Program-made: the position numbers and the translations under genes
Part shown: positions 8,019-17,448 of the stretch, piece after piece
Layout of the letters: the number at the start of each line of letters is the position of its first letter
Position numbering within the stretch: position 1 is the first letter of the stretch
Virus record (IMG/VR): IMGVR_UViG_3300032280_000651
Location: 1 to 64,000 of that record
Length of the DNA: 64,000 bases
Direction: 5' to 3' (one strand)
From: a virus
Lineage: Duplodnaviria > Caudoviricetes
Notes under the pieces: generated by a model
Told to the model about the DNA's origin: nothing
Databases searched by the model: none
The model's input: the letters and a program-made list of their open reading frames with translations, nothing else

Positions 8019-8020
8019 AT

Positions 8021-8108
8021 GGTATAGTGCCTGAGTGGTCGAAAGGTGCGGTCTGCAAAACCGTAATGATTAATTTCATCATCGTGGGTTCAAATCCTAC
8101 CTATACCT
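8021..8108 (+). tRNA. tRNA-Cys(GCA) with long variable arm
   Basis: gcggt-CTGCAAA-accgt; U73; variable stem atga/tcat. Confidence 0.85.
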
Positions 8109-8112
8109 CAAA

Positions 8113-8199
8113 TGTAGAGACAACAAGGATGATAGGAAAAAGTATTAACTAGTTCGAATCTAGGCCGGGTCTTAACGGACCTGGCATTACAACTCTACA
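8113..8199 (+). ncRNA. Rearranged tRNA-like RNA (terminal stem, T-arm, closed 8-bp hairpin)
   Basis: TGTAGAG/CTCTACA terminal stem; ctag-TTCGAAT-ctag followed directly by gccgggtc-ttaacg-gacctggc. Confidence 0.55.
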
Positions 8200-8203
8200 A
8201 ATT

Positions 8204-8276
8204 GCCGATATAGCTCAATAGGTAGAGTGCCAACTTGGTAGGTTGGAGGTTAAGGGTTCGATTCCCTTTATCGGAT
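8204..8276 (+). tRNA. tRNA-Thr(GGU)
   Basis: ccaac-TTGGTAG-gttgg; G1:A72 mismatch. Confidence 0.85.
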
Positions 8277-8284
8277 CAAATAAT

Positions 8285-8364
8285 GCTGGTGTCGCATAGT
8301 GGCCGATTGCACCTACCTTGTAAGTAGGAATTCCACACCGCAGGTTCGAATCCTGTCACTAGCT
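8285..8364 (+). tRNA. tRNA-Thr(UGU)
   Basis: cctac-CTTGTAA-gtagg; 11-nt variable loop. Confidence 0.85.
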
Positions 8365-8369
8365 CTGAA

Positions 8370-8401
8370 AAAAGACTTCTTTTAATTAAGAAGTCTTTTT
8401 T
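8370..8401 (+). terminator. Terminator closing tRNA operon 2
   Basis: AAAAGACTTCTT/AAGAAGTCTTTT hairpin plus T-tract. Confidence 0.75.
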
Positions 8402-8485
8402 ATTTTAAACTAAATCCGTATCTTTGTATATAAATAAAAAGTAAAATATGTTGATATGGACTAATATACTTTTAATATATAGTAT

Positions 8486-9262
8486 ATGGATACAAATAAA
8501 ATAATTGAACTATCAAAAGATAAAACTCAAAAAGAAATCGCAGAAATATTTAAAGTTTCTTCTTCGACAATAGGAAGAATACTTAAAAAAAATAATATAA
8601 AAACAAATCGTTCAAGACTAAATGAAAGTAAATTATATTTTAATATGAATTATTTTGATGATATTGATACAAATGAGAAAGCATACTGGTTGGGATTTAT
8701 TGCAGCAGATGGTTGTCTTAAATCTAATAAAGTTAGACTTGTTTCAAAAGATGAGGAAGTAATAGTAAAATTTAAAAATGCTATTGAGTCAGAACATAAA
8801 ATTGTAAGATCAATAACTACTGATAAACGTAGTGGAAAAAAATATGAACTATTTATAATTTCAATAACTAATAATATATTCACTAAAAAATTAGAAAAAT
8901 TTATAAATATCGATAAAAGCAATAATTTTAATCTTCCAAAAATAGACAATAGTTTATATCCATTTTTCCTCGCAGGTATGTTTGATGGAGATGGTTCTTT
9001 TTCAATATATGGTTGTAATAAAAATAAAATTAAAGCAAGTTTAATATCTACTAAAGAGTGTTTAGAACAAATAATAAATTTATTAGAGGTAGAGATAAAT
9101 TTAAAGAAAAGACCAACAATAATAAAACATTACACAACATATAGATTTTATCTGTATAAATATAGTACGTATTTTTTAGACTATATCTATAATGAAAAGT
9201 ATAAAACAATATATCTAAGTAGAAAATATAATAAATATTATGAATATAAAAATAGAAAGTAA
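8486..9262 (+). CDS. LAGLIDADG homing endonuclease with N-terminal HTH
   Basis: AYWLGFIAADGC and FLAGMFDGDGS motifs. Confidence 0.85.
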   Translation: MDTNKIIELSKDKTQKEIAEIFKVSSSTIGRILKKNNIKTNRSRLNESKLYFNMNYFDDIDTNEKAYWLGFIAADGCLKSNKVRLVSKDEEVIVKFKNAIESEHKIVRSITTDKRSGKKYELFIISITNNIFTKKLEKFINIDKSNNFNLPKIDNSLYPFFLAGMFDGDGSFSIYGCNKNKIKASLISTKECLEQIINLLEVEINLKKRPTIIKHYTTYRFYLYKYSTYFLDYIYNEKYKTIYLSRKYNKYYEYKNRK

Positions 9263-9698
9263 AAAAAAACGGATATTTGTTGATTTAGATGGAGTTTTGT
9301 GTGATTTTTTTGGAGCATTTAAAGATGTTCGTAGAAAAGACCCTGACTTTAAATTTCCTCAATCACGAATAGGTTTTTTCAAAAATCTTGAACCAATGCC
9401 AGATGCAATTGAGTCTTTTAATAAATTAAAAGAACATTATGACGTTTGGATTTTAACACGTCCTTCATTTAAAAATATCAATTGTTTTAACGAAAAAGCT
9501 GAGTGGGTATTAGAACATTTAGGTTTTGATATATTAGAAAAAACGATTATGTGCGGTGATAAATCTTTAGTGAAAGGTGACTACCTTATTGATGATAATG
9601 GTCAAAATGGGCAACCTGAATTTGAAGGTGAATGGATTGAATTTGCATCAGAAGAATTTCCTGATTGGACTGCAGTTATTGATTACTTAATTAAGTAA
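9240..9698 (+). CDS. 5'(3')-deoxyribonucleotidase (NT5C, HAD fold)
   Basis: IFVDLDGVLCDF, ILTRP, KGDYLIDD. Confidence 0.85.
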   Translation: MNIKIESKKKRIFVDLDGVLCDFFGAFKDVRRKDPDFKFPQSRIGFFKNLEPMPDAIESFNKLKEHYDVWILTRPSFKNINCFNEKAEWVLEHLGFDILEKTIMCGDKSLVKGDYLIDDNGQNGQPEFEGEWIEFASEEFPDWTAVIDYLIK

Positions 9699-9699
9699 A

Positions 9700-10038
9700 T
9701 TATCTAAGCCACCAATCACCACCTTTAATTTCTTCAAAGTCTTTAACATCATATTTATACTTATAAACCCAACACTCAATATCTTTTGATGTGTTTGTTT
9801 TAACTCTTATATACTCATCACCTTCAAAATCATCTAGTTCAGGAAATAATGATGAGTCTATAAGATATATATCACCTAAAACTTCACCAGAACCACTTAC
9901 AAAACCAGGATAGAATTCATTTACTTTATAGATCTTACCTTTGATTGTTGCTCTTCCAAAAAAAACAGGTTTCTTTAGTAGATTTTTCGCACTATCTCTA
10001 AATTGACCATATACAAATAAATATTCTTTCATAATCAA
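9700..10038 (-). CDS. Gamma-glutamylcyclotransferase (AIG2-like)
   Basis: LFVYGQFR and LDDFEG. Confidence 0.8.
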   Translation of the reverse strand: MIMKEYLFVYGQFRDSAKNLLKKPVFFGRATIKGKIYKVNEFYPGFVSGSGEVLGDIYLIDSSLFPELDDFEGDEYIRVKTNTSKDIECWVYKYKYDVKDFEEIKGGDWWLR

Positions 10039-10433
10039 TAATAACCTTTTCCCATAACAGAATGTCTAACACCACCTCTTGGATTTTCTACATCACCAGT
10101 ATATCTTGGAATTAAATGACAATGAAATTGCATTACTGTTTGTCCTGCTGGTTCACCACAATTCATTCCTATATTGTAACCATCTGGTTCATATTGTGAC
10201 TCAACTATCTCCTTTGCTTTATCTAACATTTCAGATAGTTTATTCTTTTTAGATTGACTTAAATCAAAGTAAGTTTCTTCTGGTCCATTTGTTATAATAA
10301 GGATGTGACCTGGACTTGTTGGAAATCCATCAAACATTATAAAGAAGTCACTATCTTGATACAAGACTTTATCGTCTTCTATCATATGTCTTCCGAACTT
10401 AACATCTTCATTTAAACTTGTAAACTTTCTCAT
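10035..10433 (-). CDS. HIT family hydrolase
   Basis: PTSPGHILI and QFHCHLIPRY; likely start MRKFTSLNE at 10433 behind a TATATA motif. Confidence 0.85.
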   Translation of the reverse strand: MRKFTSLNEDVKFGRHMIEDDKVLYQDSDFFIMFDGFPTSPGHILIITNGPEETYFDLSQSKKNKLSEMLDKAKEIVESQYEPDGYNIGMNCGEPAGQTVMQFHCHLIPRYTGDVENPRGGVRHSVMGKGYY

Positions 10434-10443
10434 ATAGTATATA

Positions 10444-11310
10444 TTAAAAATCAGATTTATATTTCCATATAAATCCAGCGTGTGATTTTCTCTTACCGGT
10501 ACAAACATTTATAACATTACTCTTTTGAAATCCCGAATCAACTAAACCATTTAAGTTACTCCACTCTTTTACTATATTACCATCCGTATCAATTTGTAGA
10601 ATAATATCTTTTATCTTACCTTTATTATGCGGTTCTTTCCCAAGTCTTGCAATAGATTGCTTTTGTCTTGTTTCATCAGATACTATTTTACCTCTATTGG
10701 ATTCTGCTAATTTATCTTTATGTTCCTGTGATAAAGGAACACCTCTTAATTTAGCAGTTCTTTTTTCAATCCATTCTTCACTCTGCTTAATACCAGTTTT
10801 AATTTCAATCATTTTATCAATAGACGATTGTTTATGTTTTTTACCATACATGGGATGATTTTTACCTGATAGTATGATATTTTTATTCCAATAATCTTGT
10901 AATCTTAGATGATTTTTATTCTCAACTGCTTTTATACTCATTTTTTCTTTAACATCATCAGTATATACATAACCAGATACACCATCACCACCATCAGTCA
11001 TATTATATAATAAGCCACCTGATTTCTTTCTACCTAAATACTTTATTAATTTAATCTCTAAATCAATAGCTTCTTCTTCACTTTCAAACTCTTTTAATTT
11101 TACTATTAATGGTATATTTTCTTCTAAAATCATTTTATTTAACTTATTATAAAAATAATATTTATATCTTTTCCTATCATTAAGATGTGTAAACATTCTA
11201 TTGTTTTGACCCTTACCAATATAAATAGGTCTATGTGTAAAAATAATATCACCAAAAGATATATTTTCTTCCATTTTTGAATCTAAATAACCATATACAT
11301 AATATTTCAT
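10444..11310 (-). CDS. GIY-YIG-type homing endonuclease with NUMOD3/NUMOD1 motifs
   Basis: YYVY...IYIGKG..NR; HPMYGKKH; AGFIWKY C-terminus. Confidence 0.8.
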   Translation of the reverse strand: MKYYVYGYLDSKMEENISFGDIIFTHRPIYIGKGQNNRMFTHLNDRKRYKYYFYNKLNKMILEENIPLIVKLKEFESEEEAIDLEIKLIKYLGRKKSGGLLYNMTDGGDGVSGYVYTDDVKEKMSIKAVENKNHLRLQDYWNKNIILSGKNHPMYGKKHKQSSIDKMIEIKTGIKQSEEWIEKRTAKLRGVPLSQEHKDKLAESNRGKIVSDETRQKQSIARLGKEPHNKGKIKDIILQIDTDGNIVKEWSNLNGLVDSGFQKSNVINVCTGKRKSHAGFIWKYKSDF

Positions 11311-11360
11311 ATACTATATATAAAATAAAATCAACTACCTTTTAGCATTATCAATAAAAA

Positions 11361-13577
11361 TTACTCAAATAAAGGAAACGAAGGAAGCACGAGACGAGTG
11401 TTCGCATTATCTGCAAAAACTAAATACTTAGAATCGTCTCTAATGATAGCTTGATTAAGTATCTTATCAAATGTAGATTCTGGTATAATGTCTGTGAATA
11501 ATCTTAAATTAGTAGCCCTCATATCAGAACCTAACAATTGAGGATTAGTATTCTCAATTTGGAATTCAATTGGTGTCATATCTTGTTCATCTGAATAAAC
11601 TTTTCTCAAGAAGTTATTGATTAGTTTACCAGCATCTTCTTCAAAATCAACATTACGTTTATAAATAAATTGAGACATTTTTCTATTTCTTTGATCTATA
11701 TTTAAAGTATAACAATACCAAACTTCTTCATCTAACATTAAATCAGAATTAGTTGTATAAGTATCACCATTTAAAGTAACTGTTATTACATCATTTTGTA
11801 AATTAACTTTCCAACCAATTGGATTACCAACAGTAGTATCATCATAATAATTAAAGAAGTTATAAACTTCATCTTGGATATAATTATTGATACTAAACCA
11901 AAGAGTAAATCCAATGTTATCAGATACCTTTAATATAGGATCGGAATTAAGGTAATTTACTGCTGGAGTTCCTGCATCAACTGAATATAAATCATAGTTA
12001 GATTTAGAAATAATAGTAGAAGCATTTTCAATAAGTTCTTTGTTAATCTTAGCCAAATATTCTAGTCTAATTAAATCTTTAGTTAGAACTTTAGTTTGAA
12101 TTTTATTAGCAACTGCTTTTTTATCATCAACATTCTCAACACCAAATAATGAATCAATAGTAGAGTTCTGTGTAAGCATATCCAATTTGTTTTGAATTTC
12201 CACAGTACCTGCTTGTACATTTGCTTTTTGGTTGTATTTTTTCAGAATTAATTTATAATAAACAGACGAGTTATTAAATCCTCTAAATTGAGATACGTGG
12301 TCTACTTGAAACATTCTATTTAATTGACAGAAGTACATAAAGTCTTCTTTACCTGGTCTTCTTTGAACACCAAATACTTGTTTAAATTGTTCTTTTGTAA
12401 TATGTACTTCCATATTATCAAACAAACTTAAATCAAATTGATTCATTGTGATTTGAGAATCTGGAAACTCATTATTATTCACAGATACTTTTATATCACC
12501 TTCACAAACAATGTTATATAATTGATACTCATGCATTGAATAATCTTGTCCTTTTGCATCAGGATCAGTTACAAAGTAAATAACTGAATGTCCGAATAAT
12601 AGTTGTGCATCTGTACTTAATTTATTTAAAAGATTAAGTGCAGTACCTTGATTATATGGATTATAAAGAAGTGCTTGTTGATCTGCAGTTGTTTTTGGAA
12701 ATAAGTTTGTTGCTTCACAACTACCTCCACCATCTGAGTTTAAATTAGTATTAGGTATGAAATTTCCATTTGCATCAAATGTACCAGTTAAATTAGATTG
12801 ACAACATTCTCTTAAACCATATAAATTAGTTTTTTGATAATCTAAAGTAACATTTTGAAAGTTTCCGATAAGATTTATGTCTTGTATTTTTACTGGTGAA
12901 TCAGAAGTGTTTTCGATAGAGTATTCAACCTCAAAAAATCTTGTAGGTGTCAATCTTTTAGTAGAAACATTTTCTTTTGTTAAAACCTCCCAATCAGACC
13001 AAGTTCTAGAGCTATCTTGTGAGTATCTCCATTTTAAAGTTGCACCTTCAACACCGGTCGATGAAATAACTTCTACATCTTCTAACTTAAATACTTTATA
13101 AATAAATGGTGGTTTAATAACTTGAGTACCACCAGGAACTAACTGTACTGCAGAACCATCATCAGTCATAGGTCTATCAATATTTCCCTCAATTTTATAT
13201 TCTAATATTCTAATAGAACCAATAGAGTTATTACCTTTTCTTACCCACTTAATATCTAAATATAAAGGATCTAATGGGTCGATTGTTGGAAAATTATCGA
13301 TATTCTTTTTAAGGTCAAACCAAGTAGTCCATTTATTACCGTCTCTTGATAATCTATAATACTGAGCCAAATATCTGGTATCAGTCATACCTAAAGTATC
13401 GTAAGTAAATTTGGATAATTTGCTAACATTTTGTATATTTGTAAAACTAATGATGTATTCTTCTGCTATACTATTAATATAGGGTGTTGCATCAGGTGCA
13501 GAAGCAGATGCACCGATGTTAAATTTATCAGAAATAACGATAGTTCCACTTAAAGTATTTGTATCTATTGTAAACAT
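11361..13577 (-). CDS. Neck protein, T4 gp14-like core with N- and C-terminal extensions
   Basis: Central LFGHSVIYF...FDLSLFDNMEVHITKEQF...RPGKEDFMYF...NRMFQVDHV resembles gp14; C-terminus LamG-like. Confidence 0.65.
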   Translation of the reverse strand: MFTIDTNTLSGTIVISDKFNIGASASAPDATPYINSIAEEYIISFTNIQNVSKLSKFTYDTLGMTDTRYLAQYYRLSRDGNKWTTWFDLKKNIDNFPTIDPLDPLYLDIKWVRKGNNSIGSIRILEYKIEGNIDRPMTDDGSAVQLVPGGTQVIKPPFIYKVFKLEDVEVISSTGVEGATLKWRYSQDSSRTWSDWEVLTKENVSTKRLTPTRFFEVEYSIENTSDSPVKIQDINLIGNFQNVTLDYQKTNLYGLRECCQSNLTGTFDANGNFIPNTNLNSDGGGSCEATNLFPKTTADQQALLYNPYNQGTALNLLNKLSTDAQLLFGHSVIYFVTDPDAKGQDYSMHEYQLYNIVCEGDIKVSVNNNEFPDSQITMNQFDLSLFDNMEVHITKEQFKQVFGVQRRPGKEDFMYFCQLNRMFQVDHVSQFRGFNNSSVYYKLILKKYNQKANVQAGTVEIQNKLDMLTQNSTIDSLFGVENVDDKKAVANKIQTKVLTKDLIRLEYLAKINKELIENASTIISKSNYDLYSVDAGTPAVNYLNSDPILKVSDNIGFTLWFSINNYIQDEVYNFFNYYDDTTVGNPIGWKVNLQNDVITVTLNGDTYTTNSDLMLDEEVWYCYTLNIDQRNRKMSQFIYKRNVDFEEDAGKLINNFLRKVYSDEQDMTPIEFQIENTNPQLLGSDMRATNLRLFTDIIPESTFDKILNQAIIRDDSKYLVFADNANTRLVLPSFPLFE

Positions 13578-13676
13578 AATTTATATATTAAAAAAATAAT
13601 TCTATAATGTTTGTATATTAAAATAATATGTGTATATTTGCATGTTATTAATTATAATAATAAAAAAATCGCTAAA

Positions 13677-14894
13677 ATGAATATAACAAAAAAATTCTTA
13701 CAACTAACATCTAAAACTTATCCTCACGGTACAGAGAGTGAGCTATTTCACTTGTTACCTAAAAGCTTACAAGAGGATGAATTTGGTAACTTATTTATTA
13801 AAATAGGTGAGAGCGATGCTATGTTTACTTCCCACTTAGATACTGCGACTAAAGCTAACACTAAAGTTAATCATATCTTTGATGGTGACATTATCAAAAC
13901 TGATGGTACTACTATATTAGGTGCTGACGACAAAGCTGGTGTAACAATTATGTTAAATATGATTGAAAACAAAATTCCAGGTTTGTATTACTTTTTCTTA
14001 GGTGAAGAAGTAGGTTGTGTTGGTTCTAGAAAAGTTGCTGATGTACAAAAAGTAGAGAAAATTCCAGGTATCAACAAAGTAATCTCTTTTGACCGTAGAG
14101 CTACAACTTCTATTATTACTTATCAAAGTTCAAAAAGATGTTGTTCAGATGCTTTCGGTGAAGCTCTTGCAAAAGCGTTTAACGATGTAGAATCAACATT
14201 TGATTATAAATTAGATAAAAATGGTGTTTTAACTGACTCTATACAATTCATTGGTATTTATCCAGAGTGTACAAACATTTCTGTTGGTTATTACGATGAA
14301 CACACATTTAGAGAAAGACAAGATATTGCTCACTTAACTAAACTTGCAGAAGCTTGTTTAAAAGTTGATTGGACAAGTTTACCTGTAGAAAGAGATCCTT
14401 CTAAAATCGAATACGATTACTCTTGGAGTGCTTATGGTGACGACTGGGGTTGGGGTGCTGGTGCTTGGGGTGGTTCTTCAAGATACGACACTGGTAACTA
14501 CACAAACGCTTATGCTCCGGTAAACAATGATTACAGTACATCAAGATCAAAATACGGTGCATACAAAGTAAAAACTGAGAAATCTTGGTTTTATGACGAG
14601 ACATTCCAATTCTTATCAATGGTTGAAACTAACGCTACAACTGGTAAAATAGTTAAAGTAGAATTGATTGAAGAAAGAGTTAAATACGAAGCTAAACTAA
14701 TCGAAAGATTATTCAAAGATATTGAATTACACTACACTAAAATGGAGTGGGATGGTTTCAAATGTACAGTATTCTATGAGTCTGAACACAGAACAGAATG
14801 TGATAGAAATGATTTATTAGATTACCTACCAGATTTAGACTATCGTGGTCTAGAAATTTTAGGTGATCCAGAAGATTCTACTTACATGAGCTAA
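13677..14894 (+). CDS. M28/M20-type Zn aminopeptidase
   Basis: SHLDT, LGADDKAG, GEEVG, SFDR and TNISVGYYDEH ligands; TATATTTG promoter upstream. Confidence 0.8.
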   Translation: MNITKKFLQLTSKTYPHGTESELFHLLPKSLQEDEFGNLFIKIGESDAMFTSHLDTATKANTKVNHIFDGDIIKTDGTTILGADDKAGVTIMLNMIENKIPGLYYFFLGEEVGCVGSRKVADVQKVEKIPGINKVISFDRRATTSIITYQSSKRCCSDAFGEALAKAFNDVESTFDYKLDKNGVLTDSIQFIGIYPECTNISVGYYDEHTFRERQDIAHLTKLAEACLKVDWTSLPVERDPSKIEYDYSWSAYGDDWGWGAGAWGGSSRYDTGNYTNAYAPVNNDYSTSRSKYGAYKVKTEKSWFYDETFQFLSMVETNATTGKIVKVELIEERVKYEAKLIERLFKDIELHYTKMEWDGFKCTVFYESEHRTECDRNDLLDYLPDLDYRGLEILGDPEDSTYMS

Positions 14895-14962
14895 TAAAAA
14901 AAAGTCGAGATTTCAAATCTCGACTTTTTTATTTTAATATATAAGAAAATAGAATTACTTAA

Positions 14963-15535
14963 ATGACAAACATATTTGATAGAGAAGTATGGAAAAAATA
15001 TCTACCTAAAAAATTAACTATTATTACAGATAATGGTAATTTTGATTTACTATTTTCGGAAGTATCAATAATTGGTAATATTAATGTTGCACAAATAACA
15101 TATCACCAAAACACATTTAAACATAATGAATTAAATGGTGAACCGGATTATTTAGAATTTGATATTCATTTAGTACAAGATAATGATGGTACAAAAGCTT
15201 TATCTGATCTTAAATTAAATATAGATATTACCTATGGTGATGCAATGGTATCAGAGTTTATTATAAAAATGCCCGGTAATATAGAAATTATACATTACAC
15301 AGGACTAGGCTCTAAATATGATAAAGAAACATTCTTTGGATTTGAAGATCAATCAATAAAAGATTTAGTAAACTTTTTTAATAGACTTGGATTTGAACTA
15401 GAACCTAAAGATTTCACATTTATTGATAAATACCCAGATAGCTATACTCATAAAGAGTCAATTAAATTAATAAGCGATATAAAGTATCTACAAACATATG
15501 AAGGTTTTAGAAAAAAAATAAAAAATAAACTATGA
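14963..15535 (+). CDS. Hypothetical protein
   Basis: 190 aa ORF behind TTTTAATATATA. Confidence 0.65.
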   Translation: MTNIFDREVWKKYLPKKLTIITDNGNFDLLFSEVSIIGNINVAQITYHQNTFKHNELNGEPDYLEFDIHLVQDNDGTKALSDLKLNIDITYGDAMVSEFIIKMPGNIEIIHYTGLGSKYDKETFFGFEDQSIKDLVNFFNRLGFELEPKDFTFIDKYPDSYTHKESIKLISDIKYLQTYEGFRKKIKNKL

Positions 15536-15759
15536 TACCACAAATTGAAATTACAGAAGAACAAATTCAAAAATCCGTATCTGCTGCATTTGACTCTGTC
15601 AATCTAATAAATGAACTAAATGCACAACCTTCTTTAACTGAAGAAGATCAAGATAGATTAAATAGAAATAAAGAACATCTAACAATAATGTTAGATAAAG
15701 ATTGGTTTTTTGCTACTTTAACAGAAGAACAAAAAACTGACATTAACGCTTGTCTATAA
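15532..15759 (+). CDS. Hypothetical protein
   Basis: 75 aa ORF overlapping the previous stop. Confidence 0.6.
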   Translation: MIPQIEITEEQIQKSVSAAFDSVNLINELNAQPSLTEEDQDRLNRNKEHLTIMLDKDWFFATLTEEQKTDINACL

Positions 15760-15777
15760 AAAAAACAAAAAAAAACA

Positions 15778-16200
15778 ATGGCTATAGTAAAATTTGACGA
15801 TTTCAAAAAAGAAGAAGAACAAAGTAAACTTCAAGACTTCAAAAGAGGATTCACTAAAAATAGTGACAATCAACAATTTCCTAAAAATACAAAATCACGT
15901 TTTAATAATAAAACTAGAAAAATAGATGATTTATCTGCTGAAGAAGTTGATGATAAAATTGAAGTTTTAGAAGAATCTAAAATCAATGAATCTAGTATTG
16001 ACTATGATGTATTAGATAAAATGGTTAAACTACCTTGTTATAACAAACTAAGAGAAGATCTTAGAAGTGCTATAAACGAGTTTACAACTAGTTTATCTGA
16101 TAGTTCATCAGAAATTGGATATGACGAAGGTGATACAGATCATGATATGGCTTTTAATGCAGCAATTCAACAAGCAATTGATGAAATAGTTGGTTGGTAG
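15778..16200 (+). CDS. Hypothetical protein
   Basis: N-terminus MAIVKFDDFK. Confidence 0.6.
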   Translation: MAIVKFDDFKKEEEQSKLQDFKRGFTKNSDNQQFPKNTKSRFNNKTRKIDDLSAEEVDDKIEVLEESKINESSIDYDVLDKMVKLPCYNKLREDLRSAINEFTTSLSDSSSEIGYDEGDTDHDMAFNAAIQQAIDEIVGW

Positions 16201-16241
16201 TTTGGAAAAATAATTCTATATTTGCAGAATAATAATATAAG

Positions 16242-16775
16242 ATGATAAAAAAATTTGAAAACTTCAATAAGAAGAAAGTTATAGTATTTCACGGACTAGG
16301 TGGAGAACCTAATTCAGAAAGAACTAACATATTAAGAAACTTTGGATATGAAGTAGTTTATCCACACATTGATTTTGAAATGGAATGGTCTAAAGATAAA
16401 GGTAAATCCTTATTTGAAAGAACTTCAAGATTAGCAGAAGGATGTGATCTAATAATAGGTGTTAGTTTAGGTGGTTATCTAGCAAGTTTAATTGGTAATT
16501 ATTTAGGTATTGATTGTATCTTAATAAATCCCGCACTAGACAGAAACAAAACAAGATTAGATATAAAAAATCTAGATTGTCCACACCTATCTAATAAATG
16601 TAATATGGAAGTATTCATCGGAGATAAAGATACTTTAATACCAAAAGAATATACATTAGATTATATTAAAGATAATAATATTAATTGTAAAATTCATCAT
16701 ATCATTGGTATGGAACACAGATGCTCACTAAATAACTTTTTAGAGATTTTAAATCAAAGTAGTTTGGTAGTTTAG
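16242..16775 (+). CDS. Alpha/beta hydrolase (YqiA-like esterase)
   Basis: FHGLGG, GVSLGG nucleophile elbow, LINPAL, D...H. Confidence 0.8.
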   Translation: MIKKFENFNKKKVIVFHGLGGEPNSERTNILRNFGYEVVYPHIDFEMEWSKDKGKSLFERTSRLAEGCDLIIGVSLGGYLASLIGNYLGIDCILINPALDRNKTRLDIKNLDCPHLSNKCNMEVFIGDKDTLIPKEYTLDYIKDNNINCKIHHIIGMEHRCSLNNFLEILNQSSLVV

Positions 16776-16865
16776 AAAAAAGTAGTATCTTTGTAAAACA
16801 AATGAGATAAAACTCAAATAAAAATAAAAAAAGTTTGGTAAAATGAAAACTTTGTATTACTTTTG
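16763..16865 (+). promoter_or_regulatory. Two tandem Bacteroidota-type promoters of tRNA operon 3
   Basis: TTTG 16763 + 19 nt + TATCTTTG 16786; TTTG 16834 + 20 nt + TACTTTTG 16858. Confidence 0.7.
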
Positions 16866-16921
16866 TAGTATAAAATCAAAGAAAAACAAAAAGGAACAAT
16901 AAAAGTTTAATATATAGTAAT

Positions 16922-17020
16922 ATGAAAAATGTAAATGTAAATATCGTAGTTATGCCGCAGCCGATGCAGGATCAGGATCGTTTCACGAACCAGACTAACT
17001 ATGTATTTATATCACATTAA
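16922..17020 (+). CDS. Attenuator leader peptide 3 (Met/Pro/Gln/Asp), 32 aa
   Basis: MKNVNVNIVVMPQPMQDQDRFTNQTNYVFISH; codons 11-19 are only M, P, Q or D. Confidence 0.8.
   Translation: MKNVNVNIVVMPQPMQDQDRFTNQTNYVFISH
16992..16999 (+). promoter_or_regulatory. Antiterminator strand of attenuator 3
   Basis: AGACTAAC is complementary to GTTAGTCT (17050-17057) in the terminator 5' arm. Confidence 0.65.
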
Positions 17021-17043
17021 GAAATTACGTGTATAAAAATTAC

Positions 17044-17078
17044 AAATCCGTTAGTCTTTGAGACTAACGGATTTTTTT
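17044..17078 (+). terminator. Intrinsic terminator of attenuator 3
   Basis: AAATCCGTTAGTCT-ttg-AGACTAACGGATTT plus T-tract. Confidence 0.9.
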
Positions 17079-17097
17079 ATGGAATAAAATTAAATAT

Positions 17098-17169
17098 TGG
17101 AGTATCGTATAATGGTAATTATTCAGGGTGTTGGCCCCTGCGATTTGGGTTCGAATCCTAATACTCTAA
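17098..17169 (+). tRNA. tRNA-Gln(UUG) with G33
   Basis: caggg-TGTTGGC-ccctg. Confidence 0.75.
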
Positions 17170-17175
17170 CAAATA

Positions 17176-17261
17176 CTAGGCATTGGGCAGAGGCTATACC
17201 CACCTGATTTGGGATCAGGATTCTTAACAGATAATCGTCAGTTCGAATCTGACTGCTTAGA
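17176..17261 (+). tRNA. tRNA-Pro(UGG) with 17-nt variable region
   Basis: cctga-TTTGGGA-tcagg. Confidence 0.8.
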
Positions 17262-17268
17262 CAAAAAT

Positions 17269-17357
17269 AGTCGTGTGGTGGCAAAGGTTGCCGACCTGCC
17301 TGTCACGCAGGGTTGTCTTCGGACATTGATATGCCGGTTCGAGTCCGGTCACGACTG
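17269..17357 (+). tRNA. tRNA-Asp(GUC) with long variable arm
   Basis: cctgc-CTGTCAC-gcagg; G73; variable hairpin tgtc-TTCG-gaca. Confidence 0.8.
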
Positions 17358-17365
17358 CAATATAC

Positions 17366-17439
17366 TGGAGTATCGTATAATGGCATAATTACACTGCGTT
17401 TTGACCGCAGCAACATAGGTTCGATTCCTATTACTCCAA
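17366..17439 (+). tRNA. tRNA-Gln(UUG)
   Basis: ctgcg-TTTTGAC-cgcag. Confidence 0.85.
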
Positions 17440-17448
17440 CAAAAATAA

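Noticed and set aside
8109-8203. HDV-like theta ribozyme after tRNA-Cys
   Set aside because: Could not build the nested double pseudoknot; the T-loop hairpin fits a tRNA mimic better
5454-17078. T-box riboswitch as the explanation for the three leaders
   Set aside because: No UGGNACC T-box bulge or large stem I; instead each has an ORF with matching codon runs
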